Assembly (NCBI GenBank): GCA_965207075.1
Contig: CBDBLO010000002.1
Coordinates: 224,001 to 288,000 of the forward strand
DNA: 64,000 nucleotides
Reading direction: 5' to 3'
Source of the DNA: Nitrosopumilus sp.
GTDB lineage: Archaea > Thermoproteota > Nitrososphaeria > Nitrososphaerales > Nitrosopumilaceae
The notes below the pieces were generated by a model. The model did not search any database. It was not told where the DNA came from and worked only from the letters and a program-made list of their open reading frames with translations. A program made the position numbers and the translations under genes. This document shows, one piece after another, positions 46,121 through 55,853 of the stretch (position 1 is its first letter; each line of letters begins with the position of its first letter).

Positions 46121-47497
46121 TCAGTCGTATCCGCTCGGACGCTCCACCTTGTGAAATATCGAATATGACGTGATTGGGACCTCTCCTTGGCCGTCCTTCT
46201 TGTACAGCGTGACGGTATACACGCCGGGCAGATCCGCCAGATCCCCCACGTCCGCCTTTAGGTCAAACCTCCCATTCTCAAAGCCCCCCCATTCTTCTGC
46301 GACTATGATGGGCACCTTGAGCTCGGCCGTGCCTTCCAGCGAGGCGTCCTTGGCGGACTCTTGCAGGCGCAGGGCCTCTTGAGGGGACTTTGGGGCTGGG
46401 ACGTCACGCGGTATCTCGTATGGATCCGGACACGTGCTACTGCTATACGTGGTGCCAAACCCGTCGTACTTCCAGCCGGGCTCGGGAGGCGCGACGATCA
46501 GGGACACCGACGTGCCGTCGGTGTAACAGTAGGTTCGCGCGACCTGGCCCTGCGTAAGGCTGTGCGGGGCCGGGTCATACGTAAGCGACATGCTGTCGCC
46601 GAACTGGACCTGGGCCGTCACTGCGGCTGCAAACGACAGTACACCGTTTTCGTCAATTGCCGGTTCTGCCTCAAACGACAGCACGTCCTCGTACTCAAAG
46701 TGCTGCACTACGATGTCGTTGCGCCAGTCGCTTGCAATGCCTATGTTTACGGTTGCGTGGTGCGGATCGAGGATGTTGTTTCGATGGCCCGGACTCTGCA
46801 TTAGTCCGTTCATGGCATCCAGTACCGTGGCGGTGGGCGACTCGAGCATGTAGGATTCGTCCACGCAGTAATTCAATCCGAATATGTTCTCCGCATTGTA
46901 CTGGTCTCCCCCTGCCAGCGTATGGCGCATGTACGGCTTGAGGCCGTCAAGCCCCCAGTGTGAGGAGCTGCAGCCGGCAAGCATGTTCTCCGCATGGGTC
47001 TGGGCCGCGCCGTTGCTTCCCAGCGCAACGGGCTCCAGCCCCGCCCTGTCGCGTTCGGCGTTTATCATGTCGAGCATGGACGCCCTTGCCCCTGCGAGCT
47101 CCTCCTCGGAGGGCGGTTCTTGGTATTTTGATCCTGCTTCATGCGTGCCGGAGTCTGTGGATTTCCTCAGGTCCGCGCCGGACTGCTCGAGCTTTGCCCC
47201 TGCCTGTTCCACCACCTCCTCTGCAGTGGTGATGACAGGTTCTGGGAACGGCGGCGGCTCAGGCGTCTCCGCGGCATTTCCCGCGCCCGCATTCGGCCAG
47301 GCGCCTCCGTCGTATGAAGCCGGTCCTGCAAGCAGCAGGAATGCGGCAGCGGCGGCAGCGGCGGCAGCGATTCCAAGCATGACGATTGCAGTCTTCCTGC
47401 CGCCGGCCCTGCCCCTTCTGCCACGCGACTCCCAGCGGCGGCTGCCGTTTCGGCCGTAATGCGAACGGTTCCTGCTGACGCGCCGCCTGTATCCCAC
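46121..47497 (-). CDS. Membrane-anchored CAP/SCP-domain protein with C-terminal extension
   Basis: IN.ER...GL, AQ.HAENM, SH, EN, M.SPGHR.NIL, IGIA; TM near N-terminus; TATA-like box about 25 nt upstream. Confidence 0.88.
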   Translation of the reverse strand: MGYRRRVSRNRSHYGRNGSRRWESRGRRGRAGGRKTAIVMLGIAAAAAAAAAFLLLAGPASYDGGAWPNAGAGNAAETPEPPPFPEPVITTAEEVVEQAGAKLEQSGADLRKSTDSGTHEAGSKYQEPPSEEELAGARASMLDMINAERDRAGLEPVALGSNGAAQTHAENMLAGCSSSHWGLDGLKPYMRHTLAGGDQYNAENIFGLNYCVDESYMLESPTATVLDAMNGLMQSPGHRNNILDPHHATVNIGIASDWRNDIVVQHFEYEDVLSFEAEPAIDENGVLSFAAAVTAQVQFGDSMSLTYDPAPHSLTQGQVARTYCYTDGTSVSLIVAPPEPGWKYDGFGTTYSSSTCPDPYEIPRDVPAPKSPQEALRLQESAKDASLEGTAELKVPIIVAEEWGGFENGRFDLKADVGDLADLPGVYTVTLYKKDGQGEVPITSYSIFHKVERPSGYD

Positions 47498-47660
47498 GTA
47501 CTGGAATCGCGTCGCAAAAATTAATAATTTGCGAACAGGTAGGATGCGTCCTGCACTTCAGCTGATGTGTCCGTTTGGATGCGCGCTTGTAAACCAACCG
47601 GCGGCCGGTGTCGTGGTTTGAATCCGGATGTGGCTGGCTACGGATTCAAAAACCAGTCAC

Positions 47661-48824
47661 TTACGCTCCGGCTCTTGCAAGAATACTGCCGTCGAACCCA
47701 AACAGTACGACCTCGATTGCGATGTCGTTATTTTTCGCGTGGTTCTTCATGTGCTTGTGGACCTCCGCGCACAGCATCTCAAAGAACTTGGGCGCGCACT
47801 CCGCACCCGATATGATTTCAGAGACGTGCCTTGCGGTGTTCGCCTTGGTGATGGCGCGCACGACGTCGTCGGGCGCGCCCGCGCCCGCCGCCAGGCCCGC
47901 GAGGAACTTCATGTTAACCTTGGAGCCCTTTACGTGAGTCTGTTTTACGCCGGTTGCCATCTTTGCAAGCTTGCCTACGAACCCCACCACGTACACCTTT
48001 TGAAAGTGCGCGGAGCGCTTTGCGGACTCGCGGACGGAATACCCCGCAAAGTCCCCCATCTGCACAAAGCAGTGGTCGGGCAGGACAGGAGCTTCTTCCT
48101 GCTTGGCGCCCGTATCGTCACCGTCGCTGCCGCGTGTAATCAGGTCCCTTGCAAACTCCTCGCTCCTGCCGCCGGTCGTCAGCACGATGGTGTCCTCGCC
48201 CATGGCGGCCGCCACGTCCAAGTTCTGCCTGATGGCGGCCGCGTACGACGCCGTCGAGAACGGTATTACGATCCCGCTCGTGCCCAGTATGGATATCCCG
48301 CCTATTATGCCCAGCCTGGGATTGTCGGTCCTTGGTGCGAGTTCCCTGCCCTTGGGGACCGATATGACCACCCTGATGCCGCGGCTCTCCCAGAACGGGG
48401 ATGCGGCCTCCTCCCGGAGGTTCTGGACTATCATCCTCTTTGGCACGGGGTTTATCGCCGGCTTGTCTATCTCCAGCCCCAGCCCGGGCTTTGTCACCAC
48501 ACCGACGCCCTCGCCGCCGCCGATCTCTATCTCGCCCGGCCTGCCGGTCACGTGCAGGTCCACCACGATGTCCGCGCCGTGTGTCACGTCGGGGTCGTCC
48601 CCGCCGTCCTTCGTTATCACACATCTGGCGCGGTCGTCCCCGGTCCTCGTGCACTCCCTGATCGGGATGATGATCGTGTCGCCCCTAGGTATGGTGATCT
48701 CCATGCTGCCTGCCGCGCAGTCCCCCGTGACTACCGCCCTCAGGGCGGCCCTCGCACCGGCCGTGGCGCAGCTTCCTGTGGTGTATCCGGTTCTCTGCTT
48801 TTGGGCGTCCCCCCCCTGGCTCAT
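47661..48824 (-). CDS. cbiD: Cobalt-precorrin-5B C1-methyltransferase
   Basis: GYTTGSCA, KDGGDDPDVTHG, GVG.VTKPGL, NPRLGIIGGISILGTSG. Confidence 0.96.
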   Translation of the reverse strand: MSQGGDAQKQRTGYTTGSCATAGARAALRAVVTGDCAAGSMEITIPRGDTIIIPIRECTRTGDDRARCVITKDGGDDPDVTHGADIVVDLHVTGRPGEIEIGGGEGVGVVTKPGLGLEIDKPAINPVPKRMIVQNLREEAASPFWESRGIRVVISVPKGRELAPRTDNPRLGIIGGISILGTSGIVIPFSTASYAAAIRQNLDVAAAMGEDTIVLTTGGRSEEFARDLITRGSDGDDTGAKQEEAPVLPDHCFVQMGDFAGYSVRESAKRSAHFQKVYVVGFVGKLAKMATGVKQTHVKGSKVNMKFLAGLAAGAGAPDDVVRAITKANTARHVSEIISGAECAPKFFEMLCAEVHKHMKNHAKNNDIAIEVVLFGFDGSILARAGA

Positions 48825-48931
48825 ACGTGAACAGTACGTGAACGTATTATTTTCTGTTTACCGTATGTGTGTGGGACGGCCGTTGGCGGCACGCCGCACT
48901 CTTAAAATTCGCACCGCGCTATGCGCGCCAC

Positions 48932-49834
48932 ATGGCGGCAAGGAAGATCGCAATCATGGGCGCCGGCGGCTACATCGGGCGGAACCTGCGTCGCGTCGCG
49001 TCGAAGCTGTACGACGTGGAGATCGCCGCGCTGTCCCGGGACGACTTGCGCGCGTCCTATCCTGGCGACGCCGCAGTCGACCGCGGTCCGCGTCGGGACG
49101 ACAGCGAGGGCCTGGGGGCCGCAGTGGACGCCATACGGGGCTCCGACGCGCTGGTAAACCTGGTGGGCTCGGGCCGCCAGTCCGCCACGGAGCCGTTCTC
49201 GGACTCCGTAACGACCCCCGCGTCCATCGCCGCGTCCCTGTGCAGGCACGCCGGCATACCGCGGATCGTATACGTGAGCGGGCTGGGGGCCTCTGCGCGC
49301 TCGCCGATCGCGTACCTGGCATCCAAGTACGCCGCGGAGACGTCGGTGGGCAGGTCCGGCCTGGACTATGTGATATTCCGCCCCTCCTACGTGGTGGGGC
49401 GCGGGGACCATCTTGCGTCATACGTGCTGTCCCACGCCAAGGGAACCGGCATCAGGCCCGCGCCCGCCGACGTCTACGAGTGCTATGCCAAGATGCAGCC
49501 CATACACGTCGACGACGCCGCGGCCGCAATCCTGTGGGGCGCCCTCGGGGCGCCGCCCGCCCGCGTGACCCTTGACCTGGTGGGCCCCGACCGGGTCCCG
49601 TTCTACGACTACATGCGCATGGTATCGCGCGCGTGCCGCGTCCCACTGAACCCGATTACGATGGAGCAGGCCTACGCGCAGGCCCTCAGGGATCCAGAGC
49701 ATGCAACGTTCGGGGTGGACGACCTTGGGATCATAACCGGCGGGTACACAGCAAACCCCAGAAAGCTTGTACGCGCAACCGGAATCTCGCCGCGTTCGGT
49801 GGCGTCGATACTAGAGGCCGGCCGCCTTCCTTAG
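48932..49834 (+). CDS. Atypical SDR / NAD-dependent epimerase-like protein
   Basis: GAGGYIG Rossmann, Y..SK, FRPS.V.G, QPIHVDD. Confidence 0.82.
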   Translation: MAARKIAIMGAGGYIGRNLRRVASKLYDVEIAALSRDDLRASYPGDAAVDRGPRRDDSEGLGAAVDAIRGSDALVNLVGSGRQSATEPFSDSVTTPASIAASLCRHAGIPRIVYVSGLGASARSPIAYLASKYAAETSVGRSGLDYVIFRPSYVVGRGDHLASYVLSHAKGTGIRPAPADVYECYAKMQPIHVDDAAAAILWGALGAPPARVTLDLVGPDRVPFYDYMRMVSRACRVPLNPITMEQAYAQALRDPEHATFGVDDLGIITGGYTANPRKLVRATGISPRSVASILEAGRLP

Positions 49835-50989
49835 CGACTCTGCCCTGTCCGTCCTCTCCCACGTGAACTCGCGCTCGTCCTCCCTGCCGAAGTGGCCGTA
49901 CGCGGCCGTCTTCCTGTATATGGGCCTCTTCAGGTTCAGCTGCGATATTATGGCGGCCGGGCGCATCTCAAAGTTCTCCCTTATTATGTCGGTTATGCGC
50001 TCGTCGGATACCCTCCCGGTTCCGAATGTGTTGACGTAGAGTGACACGGGCTCGGCCACACCTATCGCGTACGCCAGCTGCACCTCGCACCTGTCCGCGA
50101 TGCCGGCGGCTATGACGTTCTTTGCGATGTATCTGCACATGTAGCAGGCCGACCTGTCGACCTTTGAGGGATCCTTGCCGGAGAACGCCCCGCCGCCGTG
50201 CCTGCCAAAGCCGCCGTACGTGTCCACTATAATCTTGCGCCCGGTCAGGCCCGTGTCGCCGTGCGGCCCGCCGATCTCAAACCTGCCGGTCGGGTTGATG
50301 TGCACCCTGATGCCGTCGCTCCACAGGTCTCCCAAGACGGGCTTGATCACGCGGGATATGATCCCCTCCCTGATGTCCTGCTGGCTCACGTCAGGCGAGT
50401 GCTGCGTGGATATGACCACCGCCGTTATCCCCGCGGGCTTGCCGCCCTCGTATCTCACGGACACCTGGGACTTGCCGTCGGGCCTGACCCACGGCAGCGT
50501 GCCGTCCCTCCTGACCTGGGACAGCATCCTGGTCAGCTTGTGCGAGAGCAGGATGGGCATGGGCATCATCTCGGGCGTCTCGTTTGTGGCGTATCCGAAC
50601 ATTATTCCCTGGTCGCCTGCGCCCTGCTCTCCTCCTTCCTTCTCGTCCACCCCGCGGCTGATATCGGGGCTCTGGGCGTGGAGCATCAGTCTCACCTCGC
50701 ACGTGTCGGCGTCGAACTTTAGGGCCGAGTCGTCGTATCCTATCTCCCTGATTACCGTCCTTGCCAGCCTCTCTTGCGCGGGCCCGTCAAGTGCCGCCTT
50801 TGACGTGACCTCCCCGGACACCATGACAAAGTCCGTGGTTACGAGCGTCTCTATCGCGACCCGGGAGTCGGGATCCTGCCTCAGGTACTCGTCCAGAAAC
50901 GCGTCGGAGACGTTGTCGCATATCTTGTCGGGATGCCCCTCGGTTACCGATTCGGATGTAAACAGAAAGTTCTCGTTGTCGGACATCAT
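49811..50989 (-). CDS. metK: S-adenosylmethionine synthetase (bacterial/eukaryal type)
   Basis: [35 protein letters not shown]. Confidence 0.97.
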   Translation of the reverse strand: MMSDNENFLFTSESVTEGHPDKICDNVSDAFLDEYLRQDPDSRVAIETLVTTDFVMVSGEVTSKAALDGPAQERLARTVIREIGYDDSALKFDADTCEVRLMLHAQSPDISRGVDEKEGGEQGAGDQGIMFGYATNETPEMMPMPILLSHKLTRMLSQVRRDGTLPWVRPDGKSQVSVRYEGGKPAGITAVVISTQHSPDVSQQDIREGIISRVIKPVLGDLWSDGIRVHINPTGRFEIGGPHGDTGLTGRKIIVDTYGGFGRHGGGAFSGKDPSKVDRSACYMCRYIAKNVIAAGIADRCEVQLAYAIGVAEPVSLYVNTFGTGRVSDERITDIIRENFEMRPAAIISQLNLKRPIYRKTAAYGHFGREDEREFTWERTDRAESLRKAAGL

Positions 50990-51044
50990 GCCGCGCCCCG
51001 TCTTGCCGCCGTTATCATCATTGTCATCGTCATCATCATGACAA

Positions 51045-51290
51045 TCAGAGTTCGTTTTCCATCTTTATGAACAGAACGTTGTTTCCCCTCACGATGACTC
51101 TGCCGTAGTTTGCTATCGTCTTTCCGCCGTGGCGCTCTTCTGCGTCGGTCATTATGAGGTTCATGTACGCGTCGATGTTGCTCATCTTTCCCTTGTATTC
51201 GACCTCGTTCTTGAGCCGGACCGTGACCCGCCTCCTGGTGCTCTTCTGCAGGGCCGTAAGGGGGCGTTTTGCTGCGCTGGTCTGGGACAA
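51045..51290 (-). CDS. Sm-like (Lsm) RNA-binding protein
   Basis: RP...L, V.LK...Y.G....D..MNL, RGNNV. Confidence 0.92.
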   Translation of the reverse strand: MSQTSAAKRPLTALQKSTRRRVTVRLKNEVEYKGKMSNIDAYMNLIMTDAEERHGGKTIANYGRVIVRGNNVLFIKMENEL

Positions 51291-51333
51291 TATCTATCGA
51301 TCTGAGCATCGATGTCTTGAATAAAAGCCTTAT

Positions 51334-52395
51334 GTGCTGCGCCGCGCCTGTCTGCGCATGGAGCGCCGGCCCGACTCGCTTGCGGGTTCTGCGCCGGCCC
51401 CGGCAGAATCGCCGCGGAGAACCGGCCCTGACTACGGCCCCGACGCCTCGGCCGCTGCCGCCCTGGGCAATGCGCGGCGCGTCCCGATCGGCATCGCCGC
51501 AGTCGACGACATGCTGGGCGGCGGCATCCCGCCGGGCATCATAGTGGACGTGTTTGGCGGCCACGGCACGGGCAAGACCCAGATTGTGATGCAGGCAGCG
51601 GCCAAGTTTGCCGCGTGCGGCAAGAGAGTCCTGTTCGTGGACACGGCAGGCACGTTCCGGCCCGAGCGCGTGCTACAGATGGCGGGCGCCTCGGCCAGTT
51701 GCGAGGCCATACTCGGCATGATATCGGTTGCCAGGGTTCAGAACGTGGCCGAGCAGGAGAGCGTGGTTGCAAGGCTGCTGCAGCAGCAACCGCGACACGA
51801 GCCCGCGGAGTTTGAATTCGTCGCGGTTGACAGCCTGACTGACCTGTTCTCCTACGAGTACAGCAGGTACGGTGACCTGCGCGAGCGCAACAGGCTGTTC
51901 TTTGGATACATGCGGAGTCTTGCGCGGCTCGCCGTGCATCGTGGCGTGACCGTAATGACGTCAAACGTCGTGAGGATGTCAGGCGATGCAGAGGTGGAGA
52001 ACATGGCCGCCGAGGTCGACATGTTTGCGCACGTCCGGATACGCCTGGCCAGGGAGGAGTTGGATTCTGCCGCTGCCGCCACTGCAGGCGCCGCCAGCAA
52101 GGTACTCCACGGACACGCGTCGTGCGTCATGCTGGACTCCTCATGTCGTAACGGAGACGGCGGCCGCGACGGCCGCCATAACAATCGTGGCCACAACAAT
52201 CATGTTGATAATTATAACGACAGCAGTGACCGCCTCGCCCACGCTGACAATTATGGGCCGGCGCACGACCATGGAGGAAACAGCGGTGACAAAGAAGAAG
52301 ACTACGGTGTAAAATTCTCATACAGGATAGAATCCGGCGGCATTACGACATTTGGTTACGACCCTGGTTCAAGTCGTGACATCAACCTGCCCTAA
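51334..52395 (+). CDS. RadA paralog (RadB/aRadC-like ATPase)
   Basis: GI..VD.MLGGG, GGHGTGKT Walker A, DTAGTFRPER, VAVDS Walker B. Confidence 0.85.
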   Translation: MLRRACLRMERRPDSLAGSAPAPAESPRRTGPDYGPDASAAAALGNARRVPIGIAAVDDMLGGGIPPGIIVDVFGGHGTGKTQIVMQAAAKFAACGKRVLFVDTAGTFRPERVLQMAGASASCEAILGMISVARVQNVAEQESVVARLLQQQPRHEPAEFEFVAVDSLTDLFSYEYSRYGDLRERNRLFFGYMRSLARLAVHRGVTVMTSNVVRMSGDAEVENMAAEVDMFAHVRIRLAREELDSAAAATAGAASKVLHGHASCVMLDSSCRNGDGGRDGRHNNRGHNNHVDNYNDSSDRLAHADNYGPAHDHGGNSGDKEEDYGVKFSYRIESGGITTFGYDPGSSRDINLP

Positions 52396-52467
52396 TTAGA
52401 GGCAGCCGCGGCAAGGGGAGGCAGCAGTCCGGCCCCACCGCGGTGTCCGTTGCCGCTTGCCGCGCCA

Positions 52468-55293
52468 TCAGCCTGTCGATCTCGTCCGGCCCGCCCTTGA
52501 CCTCTTCAGATTCTCCATGATTGCGTCGTAGGGGCTCTCCATGTCCGCGTCCTCCTCCAGCAGGTCGTCTACGAACCTGCCGCTGTCCTGCTTCCATTCG
52601 AGCACCTGCCGCAGGTCCTTTTCAAACCTGGGGTAGGCGTCCCGCTTTGTCTTGGATACCGCGTAGTCGTTTCTGCCCGTGTTGATGCTGCCCGTCATGG
52701 AGGCAAATATGATGTGCGTGTCGATCTCGTCCTCCGGTATGCCCTCCGTACGCGACAGCATCCTCTTGTATGCGGACAGCTGCTTGCGGTGGCCGCTGGC
52801 ATACGTTGCCGCCCTGTCCGTCTTGTAGTCTACGACGAGGTATCCGGAGTCGTGCTTGAATATGGCGTCGATCTGGCCGCTGAACATCATGCCGCCCCCG
52901 TCATAATCGGTCATGTCGCTGACGGGCACCTCCATCCCTTTCTCAAGCGCATACACCGCCAGGTTCCGGTATTCGGTTCTAAGCGTCTTTATGGCGTCTA
53001 GAGCGTTTTTTATCGACTTTTCCATGCTTTTGTTTGCGTCGTCTCTGTCAGTGTTGTAATCTTGAATTATACTCTCCGCATCTTGTTTGCCGTCGAGTAT
53101 GCTGCGCATAGCCTTGTGGAAGTTGCGGCCGAATTCTGCGCTTTTGTTTTCGACGCGCGGTATCCTGAATATGTTTCTCAGAAACTCCGACGGCTTGGCC
53201 TTGATGCCAGAGTATGAGAGGCGCCCCAGATCCTCGAAATAACCTGCAATCTGCTTCTCTATCCAGCCGTCACGGCCGTCACGGCCGAGCAGGCTCATCG
53301 ACTCCTCCAGCCTGCCTGCCACGAACATAGAGTACGCCTCCCTGTATCTTGCCTGCTCTTTTTCTGCCGCCGTCGGGCCTGCCTCTCCCTCCTCTGTCGA
53401 CCCATCCTCCGTCATTTTACACAGGCCCTTTATGCCAAAGTCTCCTCCGGCATCCTCTATGACTGCAAGTCTCTCCCTTGCCCTCGTGAACGCGACAAAA
53501 TGGAGCCTTGCCTGCTCCCCCTCCAGCTCGCCGCTGACGTCAATTCCCACGGACTGCAGTATGGCCGTCTTTACTACGTCGATGAACTTTGTCTTGCTGC
53601 CCCTGATGTCCTTTGGCAGGTATATCACCACGTCGTACTCTTGGCCCTTTGCCTTGTGGACCGTGCTGACCGTTATGTCCTCTCCCCCCGTTCTCCCGCC
53701 CCCGTCAGTCTCGCCGTCGCCGTCGCCCCCCTTCTTCCCCACTGCGCCGGCCCCCGGCTCCGCGCCTACGGTAAGGTATTCGAACAATCCCTCGCGTGTG
53801 GGGAAGTCAAACGTTAGGTACTGGTCGATGTTCTGTTTTATCGAACCTGCAGTGGAGAACCATTCGGGGCCGTGCGCCACGCATATGGGAAGTATGGTAC
53901 TGTCAAAGAGCCCGTCCAACTCGTCGGCCGTCATCCCGCACCCCCACTTCTTCAGCTTTTCAAGGCCGGGGCCGCCCCCTCCCTCCCCCCCGCCCGCATC
54001 TAGGGTTTCGGCCAGCTCGAGGACCTCGTCGAGCGGATACGGGGACAGGACGGTGAGGGCCGCCTGAATCTTGTATTTCATGTCATCGTACAGCATCCCC
54101 TCAAGAAAGTCGACGATGTGCTCCTTTGCCCTGTCGGCGGTGATCTTTGACGCGGTGGTCCTGTGCGGCATCTTCTCCGCATCCAGAAACTCGGAGATCC
54201 GTACGATCTGGTAGTTACTCCTCGTCAGTATCCCTATCTTTTTTCCGGGGTTCTCCCTTATCAGCCTCAGCATGTTCAAGTGAGGGGCCCCGGTTGAGAT
54301 CACCAGCGGCATCTCCCCCGACTTGTCGGATCTGAACGCCTCCAGGTACTTCCTAGACTCCTCGTCGGGGCCCGCCCTGTCAAGGTAGTACCGTTTTGCA
54401 TAGTCCAGGATCTGGTTAGTGCTGCGCCTGTTGGCCGAGAGCGGCAGCTTTTTGCACGTCCTTTGAAAGTCCTTTAGGTATTTTGTCGAGCCTCCCTGGA
54501 ACCCGAATATGGCCTGCTTTTCGTCGCCTACGAGAAACACGTTCTCGGCCACCCGACTTGCGATCTCGGCCTCCATCTTGTTCATGTCCTGCATCTCGTC
54601 GATCAGCGCGTGCTTGAACAGGGGCCCGTCGAGCCTTTCAAGGAACTGGATCAGCATGTCGGCATAGTCTATCGCGTCCCGCTTTGACTCCTCGTAGTCC
54701 TTGTATGCGGCAGTGAAGTACTTCAGGAACGCCTGCATCTCCTCCATCGTGTACGAGCTTTTTTCGATGTGGTCCTTGTGGACCTGCTCCAGCAGGGCCG
54801 ACACCTCCGGGATGCCTATCCTGTCGGGCGTCACCCCGAAGCTCTTGATGTACTGGATGGCGTTCGTGGCGGCCGGCACGATCTCGTCTATTACGTACTT
54901 TTTGCTGTAATTGAACGCCTCGTTGTCCTTGAAGCTCTTGTATATGGAATATCTTATGCGGTTCTCGTCGACTGCCATCTCGTCGATCTGGCCCGAGTCA
55001 AGAAGGCGCTCGTAGGCGAAGCTGTGAAACGTGTGTATGTGGACCTTTTTCACCTGGGCAGGGAACTTGCCACTGCCCTGCCTGTTGATCGCGTCGTACA
55101 TCTCTTTTTTTGCCTTTTTGGTAAACGTTATGCATACAATGTCGTCTGGGTCGACGCCCTCCTCCAGCAGCTGCACTACCTTGAGCGCAAGCGTGGTGGT
55201 CTTTCCGGTTCCGGGGTTGGACACCACGATGACGCTGCCCTTGGACTTGATTATCCGTTGCTGCTCCTCTGAGGGCTGTATCCGGTCTTCCAT
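52468..55293 (-). CDS. UvrD/REP SF1 helicase fused to C-terminal PD-(D/E)XK nuclease (AddA/AdnB-like architecture)
   Basis: PGTGKT, TFT.KA, TFHSF, IDE.QD, VGDEKQAIFGFQG, N.RS, TVHKAKG.E, VAFTRA; LSYS, G..FH, GQID, VVDYKT, QL..Y. Confidence 0.92.
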   Translation of the reverse strand: MEDRIQPSEEQQRIIKSKGSVIVVSNPGTGKTTTLALKVVQLLEEGVDPDDIVCITFTKKAKKEMYDAINRQGSGKFPAQVKKVHIHTFHSFAYERLLDSGQIDEMAVDENRIRYSIYKSFKDNEAFNYSKKYVIDEIVPAATNAIQYIKSFGVTPDRIGIPEVSALLEQVHKDHIEKSSYTMEEMQAFLKYFTAAYKDYEESKRDAIDYADMLIQFLERLDGPLFKHALIDEMQDMNKMEAEIASRVAENVFLVGDEKQAIFGFQGGSTKYLKDFQRTCKKLPLSANRRSTNQILDYAKRYYLDRAGPDEESRKYLEAFRSDKSGEMPLVISTGAPHLNMLRLIRENPGKKIGILTRSNYQIVRISEFLDAEKMPHRTTASKITADRAKEHIVDFLEGMLYDDMKYKIQAALTVLSPYPLDEVLELAETLDAGGGEGGGGPGLEKLKKWGCGMTADELDGLFDSTILPICVAHGPEWFSTAGSIKQNIDQYLTFDFPTREGLFEYLTVGAEPGAGAVGKKGGDGDGETDGGGRTGGEDITVSTVHKAKGQEYDVVIYLPKDIRGSKTKFIDVVKTAILQSVGIDVSGELEGEQARLHFVAFTRARERLAVIEDAGGDFGIKGLCKMTEDGSTEEGEAGPTAAEKEQARYREAYSMFVAGRLEESMSLLGRDGRDGWIEKQIAGYFEDLGRLSYSGIKAKPSEFLRNIFRIPRVENKSAEFGRNFHKAMRSILDGKQDAESIIQDYNTDRDDANKSMEKSIKNALDAIKTLRTEYRNLAVYALEKGMEVPVSDMTDYDGGGMMFSGQIDAIFKHDSGYLVVDYKTDRAATYASGHRKQLSAYKRMLSRTEGIPEDEIDTHIIFASMTGSINTGRNDYAVSKTKRDAYPRFEKDLRQVLEWKQDSGRFVDDLLEEDADMESPYDAIMENLKRSRAGRTRSTG

Positions 55294-55523
55294 TATGGGG
55301 GGCTCCCTTCAGCAGTCGTCATCGTCACCATAGCCGTAGCCATCAGGACCTGTACTCTCCCATTATGTTTGGCCCCTGATCCGTCCTAGATTTTTAACGT
55401 TTTTTTGCCTGCGCTGCGCAACGCGTGCGCGATGGGCCGTGTAGCAGGCGAGGCCCGTCGCTACCCGTCGCGTACCCCGCCGTCAAGCTTAAGATTTTTA
55501 ACGGTAGGCATGGCCTGCACGGC

Positions 55524-55853
55524 ATGGCGGACATATTTGATTACATCCCGATTATCTGCACCATACTGTTTGCCGCCGGGATAGTGGGGGCAATCCTATA
55601 TGAGCGGGCGCGCTCCAGTCCCATTGATGGTTCGGCAGGAAGGAGGGGCAGAAAAGCAGCACCGGCAGCAACAGCAGCCGACACCGCCGCCGCGCCCCCC
55701 ACGGAGACCGGGGCAGAGAAAGCAGCAGACGCCGGGGACGCAGCAGAAACCGCCGATGTCAACACCACCACCACGACAGCAACCACCACCACTGGCAAGC
55801 AAAAAGCGCCAAGGACATCCAGGGCAAGAAGAAGATCGCGCCGCCATTCTTGA
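55524..55853 (+). CDS. Small single-TM protein with Ala/Thr-rich tail, overlapping the Lhr 5' end
   Basis: MADIFDYIPIICTILFAAGIVGAILYE TM; TATA-like TTTTAA about 25 nt upstream. Confidence 0.6.
   Translation: MADIFDYIPIICTILFAAGIVGAILYERARSSPIDGSAGRRGRKAAPAATAADTAAAPPTETGAEKAADAGDAAETADVNTTTTTATTTTGKQKAPRTSRARRRSRRHS

Noticed and set aside
47259-47597. Possible zinc-finger N-terminal extension of the CAP gene
   Set aside because: The AT-rich stretch reads better as the TATA box for GTG 47497; Cys spacing unconvincing
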